DNA of 60,588 nucleotides from Gracilinanus agilis (Eukaryota). Under the pieces are notes generated by a model. The model ran no database searches and was not told the origin of the DNA. It saw nothing but the letters and a program-made list of their open reading frames with translations. Shown in pieces: positions 38,666-49,994 of the stretch (positions are counted from its first letter, which is position 1; each line of letters opens with the position of its first letter). The translations under genes and the position numbers were made by a program. The stretch covers positions 309,621,853 to 309,682,440 of the forward strand of contig NC_058134.1 in the NCBI RefSeq assembly GCF_016433145.1. The letters run 5' to 3'.

Positions 38666-40508
38666 TCTGCCCCCACCCCCTGCCTTTTTTATAGCATCTA
38701 CTGTGAGCCTAGCCCAGAGGTGGGTGCTTTGGAAGGACTCAACCACAGCCACCCTGCCCTCTTTCAGAGTTTCCTTACAAAATCATTAAAGGACGAGCCA
38801 CCAGACCTTTGTGTTAACATATTTACACAGCCATCTGCTACCGAACGGGGAAGAGGTCAGGCCATGGTTGAAGGCAAGCTGAAGAGCTTTGGATGGACAC
38901 AGGAGGGCATGAGGGACCCGTCTACTATTGGGAAAACAGCTGAGGGCTGGCTTCCCTCTGAAGCTGGGGCAGGGATCACACTTCCAGAGGACCAGCCAGA
39001 ATATAGGGCTTGATCCTGGCCTACAGGGGCCAGTGACTGATTTTACTTGGTTCCGAGGCTATTGACCCCATCTTTGACCCAAGCCAGCAGCCTCCTGATA
39101 ATGGCTATAAGGGCCAGGAGACACAGGAAGCTGTGACCTCATCAGACTTCAAAGAAAGCCCCTCCAGGCACATGTCCTACTGGCCCAGTTGCCATTCTCA
39201 TACATGGAAGGATACAGTGTTCCCCATTAGTCCCTGGAGGGAAGCCACCAACGACTTGCTCACACCTGGAGAAATTCATGAAGTGCCAAATACAGCACCA
39301 TCAATGCCCTGGGTGCCTGATGACCACTGGCCATAAGGCCTTGCTTGAAGGTCCTTAGAGACAAACAGGGGGCCCCGGGGCCACCACAACCCTCTCTGGT
39401 GTGGCGTTTTACCACACGGGTCTCTGCATCACAACACTGTCGGTGGAGCCCTGGCACCGCCACTGATGGTGCCTCTCCAAGGCATCGCTCTTTCCTACGT
39501 GGAAGTCCTCGCGCCCGCTGTTCTGGTTCCCCCGCTTCATTCTGCTCCATTCACAGAGGTCTCCCGGGGTCTCGCCTCTTGTTCAGCTGTGCTCCAGCTG
39601 AGGGTGCTCCCTTAGTTTCCTTCTTGGCCATCACAGAGCTGCTCTCAATATGTTTGACTAAATGGGCCTTTTGGGGATCAAGGCCTAGCAGCGGTTTCGC
39701 CTATTTTGGATTACTCAGGCAGAGGCACGGGACCGGCCTCAAGAGCTGGACAATGTTATCAAAGGTCACAATGGTCTTATTTTTACAGAGAGGAACCCAG
39801 GCTCTGGGAAGGTCCCTGGGGCAGAGCCAGATTTCTGACTTTGGTCCCCAATTTGGTGCCTCACATTGTCAAGTTCTGGGTTCAAAATCCTGGCTCTGAC
39901 CCTGAATGTGTCTGTGGTGGTGAGGGTGAGCTGTTTGGCTTCTCTCTCCATCTCTGTGAAACCTTCGCGTATGTCAGCAATGGCAGTTGTGGGGGTCACT
40001 CGCTTCTCCTGCAGTCAGGGGCTTCACCGTAGAAGGGAGGCAGGCTGGGGCATCTCCCAATCTTGTGGCTTGGACTTCACTCAGACAGGAAGGCGCCATC
40101 TTCTGCCAAATGGACAGTGAATCCTCTTTTTGGCAGAGAAGCACAGGGAAAAAGGTTCTTCTCCATCTCAGGAATGCTGGTCAGAATTGGCATCGAGATC
40201 ATGCAGTCACATGGGGAGGGAGGAAATAAAGACTGGACTAAAGCCAGCTGGCAGGGAACGATGGTCTCCCAGAACCACAGGCTTAAAGCCTCATCCAATT
40301 GGAGAGATGAGGAAACCACAGCCCAGAGCCAGGAGGGTCCCGCCCAAGGGCAGAGCTGGCCCATGTAACGCTTTAAATCAGGAGTTCGAAACTGGGGGTT
40401 GGGAGGCTGGAACTTGGTTTTTCCTAAAAATACTTTAGGATTTCAACAGAATTGGGTTCCTTTGTAATCCTGGGCTGTTCATTTGATTCTTTTAAAAACA
40501 ACGTTCTG

Positions 40509-40681
40509 GCCTAGAGATGGGAGGTCCTAGGTTCAAATCCGGCCTCAGACACTTCCCAGCTGTGTGACCCTGGGCAAGTCACTTGACCCCCATTGCCTAC
40601 CCTGACCACTCTTCCACCTATAAGTCAATACACACAAGTTAAGGGTTAAAAAAAAAAAAATTTTTTTTAAAACAAAACAAA
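40509..40681 (+). mobile_element. 5'-truncated young SINE1_Mdo-like copy with 15-bp TSD
   Basis: TSD AAAAACAAC(G/A)TTCTG at 40494-40508 and 40682-40696; long A tail; shortened tail variant. Confidence 0.88.
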
Positions 40682-40959
40682 AAAAACAACATTCTGAGAA
40701 AGGATCCTGGAGACTAAACAAAGGGGCCCGCCACACAAGGGACATCGAGAACCCTCATTTCAGCAAATGTACAACTAGTAAGACAGGAGACAGCAATTCT
40801 ATTTCTCTTTAGTCATCTTCTCCTTCATAAATATGCCTGTGCCATATCCTTCGTAAGGAAACTCTGCTCCTTTCTGCTGATTTAATATTTCAGTGAGAAG
40901 CCCCCAGCAAGAGCGATTCCATGGAGGCAGCTCCCATCGTTAGCCCCCTCTTAACCTTC

Positions 40960-41140
40960 TTAAAACCTCTCATCTTCCATCTTCGAAACAATACTGTATA
41001 TTGGTAAGTGGTAAGTGGTAAGGGCAGGGCAATGGGGGTTAAGTGACTTACCCAGGGTCACACAGCTAGGAAGGGTCTGAAGTCAGATTTGAAACCAGGA
41101 GCGCCCATCTCTAGGCCTGGCTCTCTCTCCACTGAGCTAC
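40960..41140 (-). mobile_element. SINE1_Mdo-like SINE
   Basis: Reverse copy: aatgggggttaagtgacttacccagggtcacacagctagg...ctaggcctggctc. Confidence 0.8.
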
Positions 41141-41299
41141 TCCACCTCCATTTGGGGTTTTCTTAGCAAAGATACTGGAGTAGTTTGCTATTTCCTTCTC
41201 CAGCTTACTTTACAGATGAGGACACTGAGGGACTTGCCTAGGGTCACACAGCTAGTGTCTGCCTATATATTGGCGATATTTTTCATTTCCTGGCTGTGT

Positions 41300-41410
41300 A
41301 GGGATTGTTCCCCCACACCTAGAATGTAAGCTCTTGAGGATTTCTGCTGCTTTTACTCTAGCACTTCCAGACCCCGCCCTACCACAGGCACTAAATAAAT
41401 ACTCTGTTAG
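41300..41410 (+). mobile_element. L2 3' end
   Basis: agaatgtaagctcttgagg...ggcactaaataaatac. Confidence 0.55.
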
Positions 41411-44400
41411 ATCTAAGGTTCCTAGTCAACATCTGAACTGCAAGATGGCGGCCCCCGAGGACCTCAGCCACTCCTCGGCCCCAGCAGCAGAGGCTGACCA
41501 ACCGGACAAGGTCGGCAAATTCAAGTTTCTGGGACGACTGCCCTCTGCCTCCTCTTGCTGGCGGGCACAGCTAACTTCGCCAGCTGTCCTAGGGCTCTGG
41601 GCCTGGACCAAATACACACATATGGCAGGCAGCAGAGGAGAGCAAAAGGTCTTAGGCCTGGCCAGTGGGGGAGGGTGGAGAGTCAGGAGAGCTCTGTGAC
41701 CCTGGGACACCCGCGGTGCTGCAAGGTGGTCCTGGGGTGAAGGGGAGCCAAGAAGTTGCAAATGTCAAGTTATTCCTACAATACATACAAGTGGAGTTGG
41801 GGCTGCCCAGGGCCAGCAGGTGAGAGCTTTGCCATCAGTCGTGACCACAGGAGTCCTGGTAAGGGCCGGGGGCTTTCAGGCCATCCCTGAGGGCCCTTCT
41901 AAACCAGACGAGGACTGGGAATCTCCCTGGGCTTTGGGCGCCTCCTCTGTAAAATCAGGAGATTGGGCCAGATGACTCTCGTCAATGCCAAAGTTCTACA
42001 AGTGCAGAGTAGGCGTCCTCTAGATGGATGAAGGGGCGAGGGTGAGGAGGAGGAGAGCTCCAAGCAGAACTAAGTCCCAGATTAAGCTCAAAGCCTCCCA
42101 TGTAGAAAGGAACAGAAAGAAGGCGGCCCAGTAGCACTGTCCCTGCCCTCAAGGAACAGCTACTCTACTGGGGGAGAGGCAGATGGTAATGAGTCCCAAG
42201 AAGATGGCCAAGAGTGCTCTATGAAATCAAGAGAGCACGTGAGTGGGAGGCAGGCAGGGCCCAAGAAGTTGGGGAAAGCCAGAGAGGAAGAGCCTCCTTA
42301 CCTGAGCCTAAGGCGGAGAGGAGGAGAGAGAACAGGGTATCCAAGGGTTTAAATGAGCTCAGAGTCTACTGGAAAAAATAATGTGATAGCAGGAACCAGA
42401 GGATGAGGGCTTTCCAAGCCAGGTGAAGGAGCTGGCATAGTTTCAGGAGCAGCGCAGCAGTCTCGTCAGCAAGACCGTGCTATCAATCTGCTGCTGGTAT
42501 TCACAGATGCCTTGTTTCTAAGGAGCTGCTGTTAAACACTCCCTAACTTCTGGCATGCATCCCGGCCGGCCCTTGTCTTTTTAAACCCTTCTCTTCCATC
42601 TTAGACTCAATACTGTGTAGTGGTTCTAAAACCACCAGGCAAAGTGTCATTCTGTTCAGCACAAGGCCTTGGTGCCAGGGTCAGCCGGCAGAGTAGGCCT
42701 GCAGCCTTTCCCTGCTTGGCTCTCCCAGGAAAAGGAAGCATGAGGTGAGGCCTTGTCAGACCCAACCCTCCCCTCACTTCCCACCAGCCAGTATTTTTAT
42801 GGGCAGTGTCTTCCCACCATCACAATTGGTGCTGCCATCTCTTTGGCAATGGAGGCAAAGCAGAGATTTTCTCCTGGGATACTCTCCTCCTGGCGGGAGA
42901 CAGAGTTGTTTGGCTCGGTCACTTAGCAACAGGCAGAGGCCCAGGCTGGGCCTGTATTTGCCGAAGGGCCTGGAAGGGGTATGGGGAGATCTGCCTCCAA
43001 GTCACAGCTCTCCAAGCTTGAATGAGCCAAAAGAAGTGAAGCCGAGACAGTCCACCCCGCAAGGGCAGGTTTGAGATACAGAATCTTACTGAGGACCCAA
43101 GAATCTCCATTTAAGTAGAGCCACATTGACCAAGGCCTAGTGTGGGTAGAGCACTGGGAAGGAGATCCCAAGTGTGCCAGAGATATGATTCCCAGCCTCC
43201 GGAATGTGACAGTAGGGAAGGGGAGCATTGAGCACCCCTGGCCCAGCCCCAACTACCAGAGGGAAGAATGTATACTAGAGGCGAGAAGGAGGCCAAGACA
43301 AAAGGGCAAGGAAAGCCTGCTTGGTGAGAGTCAGGCAGGGAAAGCTTCCCAGAGGAGGCAGAACATGAGGTGGGTTTTCAAAGATAGGGAGGAATTCAAC
43401 AGGCAGAAGAGGGGTCAGGAGGGTATTCCAAAGGAGACAGCCTGAGCAAAGAGCTGGAGGCAGGAAAGCAGGAAAGCAGTGGCTGGGGGAAGCCATAAAT
43501 GGCAAGCAAGGAGAGTCTGAATGGGCTTAGTGCTGAGAAAGCATGGCCTGTGGTTGTGGTTTAGGAGTGGGGAGAGAATGTGGGGAAGACCTGTGGGCGG
43601 TTCCGTCTAACAATGACAGCCTGGGCTGAGGCCATGGTACTCATTCCACAGCGACCTTAAAGGGAAGGCACAGCACAGGCCACTTAGCCCCTACTTCCCC
43701 AGCATTTACTTCCAGTTTGTAAAGAGAAAGGAAAGGAGCCTCTGACAGGCCCAGTGGGGAGCTCCACAGGCATTGCCCAATGGACATTTTTTTCTCTTTT
43801 TTAATACTATTCATCATATGGGATGACACTCTAGGAGAGAGGAATACTGGCAGAAACTCTAGAGATATCAAAAAAAAGAAAGAAGGGGGCTATATTTCTA
43901 GAAACAGAAAAGGTGCCAATAAGAACATCTCCCTCTGTCTTGAAATTGAAACTGTCCAAGTGCCTGGCACAGTGCCAGGCAGAGAACAGCCTCCCCATTC
44001 CCTGTGTCCTCTCAGGACTTTCAGTATAAAGCAGAGAAGACTGGCTAGAACCTCCTTTTCTTACTTAGAAAAAAAGATGGAGGTCAGGGTTGGGGAAAGG
44101 GGTGCTAGTATGTCATTTACTAATAATTCTATCCAGATAGGCTGCTGCCATTAACAAGGGGGCTTATACACAACACCTCACTCCAAGGGCATCTCCCTCC
44201 TTCCCAGACACCCCCACTCCATCCAGCTCTTGATTTGGAAACCTTAAATGCTATCCCAGGGCCTTTCTCTGTTAGACAGAAGACTTCTTCCATGGAGATT
44301 CCCATCTCCCCCAGGCCAGAACACAGGTACTTGACTTGGTTCAAGTGGGTCCTATGGCCCCGTGGATAAAGGGGTTAGACATAACCCCTGCTACAGCTTG

Positions 44401-44789
44401 CTGGTGCTTGCTGCAAGGGATGCCCGACCCGTGTGTGGGGTGAACAGCTCCAAGAAAAAAAATGGATGTTCTAAAAATAAAGGCAGTCTTCTCAAGCCAA
44501 GAATCCATTCTAAACTGAGTCTAGAACAAAAAGTACCTCCCCCTCAGCTAAGCTAGAAGGGACTCCTGAAGAAATAACACCAGTCAGCCATTCTAGAAGG
44601 CAATTTGGAACTCTAACCCTAACTTTACTAAACTGCTGTCTGTCTTTTGACCCAGTGATAACAATATCAGTAGGTCTATACTCCAAAGAGAGCCAATACC
44701 CAAGTATTTCTAGCAGTTCTTTTTGGGGAGGAGGGCAGAGAACTAGAATCAGAGAGTACCCATCAGCTGGGGAATAACAGAAGAACAAG

Positions 44790-45070
44790 TTATGACACAT
44801 GAGTGTGATGGAGTTCTACTGTGCTATGAGAAATGATGAAGAGGACCAAGGGAAGCCTTATATGAACTGATCCAGAGGAAAGTAAGCAGAGCCAGCAGGA
44901 CATTCACACAATAAAAGCCAAGCAGACAAAAACAAGCAGCTTTGAAAGACTCAGGAACTCAGCCCCATCGATGGCCAGCCTCCAAAGTACAGAGCCAATG
45001 CCAGAATTCGGTCTGCCTGACTCTGCTTGACCAAATTTGGAACAGGATTTTTTCTCACTTTCTTAAGTAG
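44790..45070 (+). mobile_element. LINE-1 3' fragment
   Basis: gtgatggagttctactgtgctatgagaaatgatga...ttatatgaactgat...gtaagcagagccag. Confidence 0.65.
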
Positions 45071-45914
45071 GCATTGGCAGGTTGGAAGGAAAGAATGTAG
45101 AGAAGAAAGTTTAAGAAAGACGGCCAGAAAGAATGCACAGTCTTCTCTAACACTGCTCTATTAAGGGATTATAAATCGTTCCTGTGAGCCTACCACTGCC
45201 ATTATGTGGGAAATGTGCCAACTGGGAACAGGCTAACCCAAGGCTATACCATGAACGCTCAGTGTCAGGGCTTGGTGACCTTTGGACAATGACTAGGTCT
45301 CTCTAGCTCTGTCACCTTACCCCCATCTCCACCCTCTTTGTGCTAAGAGGACTTCAGCAGGTTCCCTCTCCCTACCATGAATGTTTGGCCCTAAGAGTGC
45401 CAATGGGAGCCTTGAACTCAGAGGGAGAAAAGCCTCACTCCTTGGAGCAGCATCATTTATTTCAGCTTCTCCCTAATGTCCTTCTTGAGCCCTGAACAAT
45501 GACACATCTGTGTGCAGGGACATGCCATCTCCATCTTCAAACATCTTTTGGATGCATGGGGAAAAGGACCTGGCCTTATTCAGCTGGGCCCTAGGGCGGG
45601 AAACAGAAGGGAAAATTTCTTAAAGATTCAAGTTGCCTAAAAATGAAACTGACTGCCTCAAGGGGCCAGTGGGGCCCCTGTTCCTAGAGGTCTTTGGGAA
45701 CTATCTGGATGACCAGGAAATGTTGAGGGCACTACAGAAAAGAGATTCCTTCCTTTTAGGATACAGATTAGCTGCTGAGGTAACTTCCAACTGAGATTCT
45801 CAGGATGGTTCCCCCAACTTCATCTGCAAAGTGGGCTGCTTTAGCCCAGATGACTGCATAATGAAAGAGAATCTGGTCCAAGCAGGACACCTGCATTGAT
45901 TTCTCTCTCTTGCT

Positions 45915-46080
45915 CTTTCTTTTTAACCCTTATCTTCCATTTCAATACTGTGTACTGGTTCCAAGGTAGAAGAATGGTAAGGGCTGGGTAATGAGGGTTA
46001 ATTGACTTGCCCAGGGTCACATAATTAGGAAGTGCCTGAGGTCTCCCATCTCCAGGCCTGGCTCTATCCACCTAGCTGTC
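45915..46080 (-). mobile_element. SINE1_Mdo-like SINE
   Basis: tttttaacccttatcttcc...ggttccaaggtagaagaatggtaagggctggg. Confidence 0.75.
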
Positions 46081-47064
46081 TTGGACACCAGGATTTCACT
46101 CTTGGTTCCAGCACTTATTTAGCTGTGTGGCTCTAGCCAAGACCTTTAATCACTCTGAGCTTCAGTATTCCCATCTGAAAAAAAGGCTCATGCTTGTATT
46201 GCCTGCTTCAGAGCTGTTGTAAGGAAAGGGATTGCCCTTGCCAATGTACAACACAAGTTACCATTAATTAGGACCCACCTCCTCCTAGGGTTTGATCATA
46301 TCTGGAAAAAAGAGAGCCTCAAACAGGCAGGGCCTCCTGGGACCCTGCCCACCTCATCCATAGGAACCCATCTCCACTCAGTGCCCTGGGCCCTGGAAAG
46401 CCTTACATAAGCTGTAGGTATTATCCTCCAATGCACCAGCCAATAGGATTGTGCCCAAAATAACCCAAAATAGTTATCACCAAATGTCACCATAAAAGAC
46501 ACCTTAGAGAGCTAGCCTAACTCCCTCTGAAGGCCAAAGAGGTGGTATCACTTCCCCAAAGATGGAATGAGGCAGGAGTCCAGATTTCACAAAGGTCCAC
46601 AGATGGGTGCTAAATAGACCTCCAAGCTGGCTGGATAAGCAATGGTGGGCTCTCCCATCCCCTTCTCTCCTCTGTTCAGACGGCATCCCCACCCTCCCCC
46701 AAAGCAGAACTAGCATCCTTTGTTCATCAAGGATCCAGGAACACGGCCTGTGGGGGAACCTATGTGATGACATGGAAAGACAGGAAAAAAGATGGTCCAG
46801 AAACAGTCATGGAAGGAAACTCAGAGGCCACCAAAACTTCACTTTCTGAGTCAATAAGTATTTCCTATTACTTGTGGGTGTTCAAAGATTCCACCAGAAT
46901 CACCAGCTCCACAGTTCAAAGAAAGGCAAAAGTAAGTGAATACTTGATAGCAGCATCCAGTATGGAGGAGAAAGGCAGAAGGAGGCTAGGTGACTTCCTT
47001 GCCCCAGGTCATAAAGTAATTTACTAAGAGATAAGGTAAGACTTTGGCTCCCCTCCCTTTTTTT

Positions 47065-47200
47065 TTAATTCTTATTTTCAGACTTAGAATCATACTAAAT
47101 AGCATTTCTAAGGGAGAAGAGCAGTAAGGACTAGGCTTAACTGGGGTTAAGTAACTTTCCTAGGGTCATATAGCTAGGAAGTGTCTGAGGCAGTCCCTTC
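47065..47200 (-). mobile_element. SINE1_Mdo-like fragment
   Basis: T tail, cttagaatc, ggaagtgtctgaggc. Confidence 0.65.
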
Positions 47201-48301
47201 ATTTCTGCAGCCCAAGTGCTAGCTCTAGACCCACCAAAGGCTTTTATTTTACTCTTGTCCTGACAGCCCCATTTCTCTACTGAGATTTCGTAGTTCTGGC
47301 TTTCAAATGCTACCTTGCTATATTGAAGGGCCTTGCCTGATAATTTGGGGCACAAAGGTATGCCTGCCTTTGAACAGGCTGAGGACCCAGCCTTGAGCCC
47401 TTGTGCCAGGCCACAGTCCATCTCCATCTTGGTTCAGGCAAAACATACCAGAAGACTGACTGCAAAGGCCAGGAGGAATGAGGCTATGATGAGCACTTTC
47501 TACCTGGCTATGATGAGCACCATAGATTTCCACAGGCTTTGGCATTAATGGTGATCGAGGCTCTCACAGGACGTGAACTCATGCCCCCTTGACCAAAACC
47601 TCACAGAGTGGGCAGGCAGGGCCAATGGCCCAAGGCAACCCCTGCTGCCCCACATCTCAATATTCCTGGCTCCTTCATGGTGGTGCAAGAAGCTTTCTTG
47701 ACCCCCATCCCCACCCCACCCTTCTACCACAAACTTGATAGTTTTTTTCCTTTGGAGATTCAGAGGCTCATCTGTGTGCCTATGTGATGGCTACCCTGCT
47801 ACCCAGGCAAACTCAGACTGGGTGCAGAGGACTTTCCTCTTTACCTACTTTGAGATGGAGGTGTTTTATTTTTTTTAATAGCTGAGGAAACTGAGGTCCA
47901 CAATGACCAGGAGAGACACAGGGATGAACCCCAGTCCCCTCAGTCTGTGAATGGACAGAGGCTGAGTGATATGACCTTGTCTCATATGACAGGGCCAGCC
48001 TTTCCCATGGTCCCCTCTTCCTGGAGAAGATCAGAGCACTTCCAAGGAGAGTGTCCCAGAACACCCACTAGGCCTGCCAGGTTGAAGCCAGCGAGCCCTG
48101 TGGTGGCCTTGTGGGGGGACAGCCATCCCTGGGTAGAGACTGTCCTGACAGGTTGAGATCAGACCCCTATGGGCCTTAAGAGTCTCCAAGACAAATCCCA
48201 TCTGACCCTTATGAGAGGCCGGGATTCACGTCCCCTGACTTATGATCAGCTTCTGCACCCTCCCCCACGGTGACACCCCCATCATTGAAACATTCCCCCA
48301 C

Positions 48302-48328
<27 letters not shown>
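48302..48328. repeat. (CA)n microsatellite
   Basis: About 13 perfect CA units. Confidence 0.95.
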
Positions 48329-48332
<4 letters not shown>

Positions 48333-48817
48333 CAGCACGCGGGCCATGCCCGTGCAAACAGTAGGCGCATAATGAGCTAAAGCCCAACCATGGCCCTCAA
48401 GGTCTCAGTTTCCCAGTCCATCTCCGGAGGAGGACGGCAGGGCCAAGTGACCTTGGGAGGGCTGAGGCCGCCGCCGCCGGCCGGTCACCTTGTCCTCACC
48501 TTGGGGCTGCGGGCAGCTCGGGCCTGTCCGGATCAGCAGGCGGAGGAAGTGGAGGTGGAGCCACCACCGCCACCGCTGCCGCCCCGGCCTCAGGAGCAGC
48601 CTCGCTAGGCACAGCCCATCCTGGCCCCAGACCTTGGGCCCGCAGGCGGAGGTGGGGACGCCCTCTCTGACCTCCCTCGGGCGCGGCGCCCGGCCCGGCC
48701 GGCCCAGCCCCAGCCCGCCCTCCTGCTTGCCCCGCAGCGCCCGGGGTATCTCCCTCTTGCCAGCCCCTCCCGCCCGTCGCGCGGCCTTGCCACCCTGCCA
48801 CCGCTGCCTGCGCTCAC

Positions 48818-48853
48818 CTGCAGCCGGGTCACCAGCAGGCTGTAAGGCGCCAT
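48818..48853 (-). CDS. ACO2: ACO2 exon 1 CDS (start of mitochondrial presequence)
   Basis: MAPYSLLVTRLQ|GTGAGC. Summed CDS is 2349 nt = 782 aa + stop. Confidence 0.97.
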
Positions 48854-48873
48854 TTTGTGCACTGACAAAGATG
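48851..48873 (-). promoter_or_regulatory. ACO2: Iron-responsive element (IRE) in the ACO2 5' UTR, including the AUG
   Basis: mRNA CAU-C-UUUGU-CAGUGC-ACAAA-AUG: CAGUGN loop, 5-bp upper stem, unpaired C, lower stem CAU/AUG. Matches the known mitochondrial aconitase IRE. Confidence 0.97.
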
Positions 48874-48879
48874 TGGTCG

Positions 48880-49320
48880 CGTGAAAGTGACGCGCGCCCG
48901 GGCGCTTTTAAAGGATTCGGGGGCGGGGCCTTGCCCGGAGACTCTGGGCCGGTTCGTAGGCGGGGCCTTAGGAGGAGCCAAGAGGCTAGGGGGCGGGGCC
49001 TCCTGAGAGCTGAACAGCGCCACAGGGGTGGGGACGGGCGAGAAGTCTAAAGGGGCGAATCTAAAGGACCAGCAGAAGGGCAAGAATCCCGCGCCGCCGG
49101 CCTCGGTGCTCAGGCCGTCTCTGGGATAGGAGCAGCCCCGTCTGAGGCGAACGGGCGAACGTCCAGTGTCCGCTGAGTCTGGCCAGGCGCCCGGCCCGGG
49201 CCCCGCCCCCCAGGCCCGGCCGCAGGAGGATTAAGCCTCGAGGAACGCCCGTTGGGAGCGGCGTGGGGGCGGACCCCAGAGGAGGTCAGAGGTCGAGCGG
49301 AAGCTGGGGCTACATCCGGC
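48880..49320. promoter_or_regulatory. Bidirectional ACO2/PHF5A promoter in a CpG island (island ~48.4-49.75 kb)
   Basis: Start codons 488 bp apart and divergent; several GGGGCGGGGC boxes; TTTAAA ~48908. Confidence 0.9.
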
Positions 49321-49340
49321 GGCCTGCCTGAGACAAGGCG

Positions 49341-49392
49341 ATGGCCAAACATCACCCGGATTTGATTTTCTGCCGCAAGCAGGCCGGCGTCG
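49341..49392 (+). CDS. PHF5A: PHD finger protein 5A (SF3b14b/SF3B7), exon 1
   Basis: MAKHHPDLIFCRKQAGV; 52 nt; donor G|GTGAGT. Confidence 0.98.
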
Positions 49393-49970
49393 GTGAGTGG
49401 ACACCCCCTCAGCTCAGGTCCTGGGGTGTCTCTGTGGGAGCCAGGTTTCCTGGGCACTACGGTCTTTCCACCCGCGAGACCTCGCATTTCCCGTCTCTCA
49501 TAGACCGAGTGGGGGAGGGGGGAGGAAAGGAGACTGCGCGTGACCGTGGGCCCGAGCGGGAGGGGGGCCCTACGCGTGGCTCTGTTGGAGCCAGACGCCT
49601 GCGCACTGGGCCCAAGAGCTGAGGACGGCCTGATTGAGGTACTTGGGCGCCTGCGCAGTGGTCCCAGTAGCGCGCGACCTCCTCGTTGGGGGGCGGTGTC
49701 TGGGAGCGGCGCGCGGGAGCGCTCTGGGGGGAAGGGCTTGGGGTTGGGGCTGAACCTGAGAATCATCCCCAGTCTGTGACCGAAGTCTGGCCTTAGGCAG
49801 ACTGATCCGCTGTCCCCTGAGGGCAGGTGCTGACATTTTGGCTTTGGGAGCCGCTCCTCCTTCACGTCCCTCCCCCAATGGGCAGATCCCGCTTCTTGCA
49901 GGACTTGACTGTGGGACTTGTCTATAACTGTAATCCTTGTGTTTTCTCTTCTTCCCCGGGTGTTCCGAAG

Positions 49971-49994
49971 CCATCGGGAGGCTGTGTGAGAAAT
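49971..49994 (+). CDS. PHF5A: PHF5A exon 2 (24-nt microexon)
   Basis: ccgaag|(A)IGRLCEK(C)|GTGAGT; fills exactly the gap in the known protein. Confidence 0.93.

Noticed and set aside
39766-39999. Coiled-coil-looking ORF (TAIADIREGFTEMEREAKQL...)
   Set aside because: Overlaps a degenerate MIR (agagccaggattttgaacccag) and starts at GTG; no splice support
48854-48868. N-terminal extension MSVHK of ACO2 in the ORF track
   Set aside because: It starts at a TTG inside the IRE stem; the conserved start is the ATG at 48853
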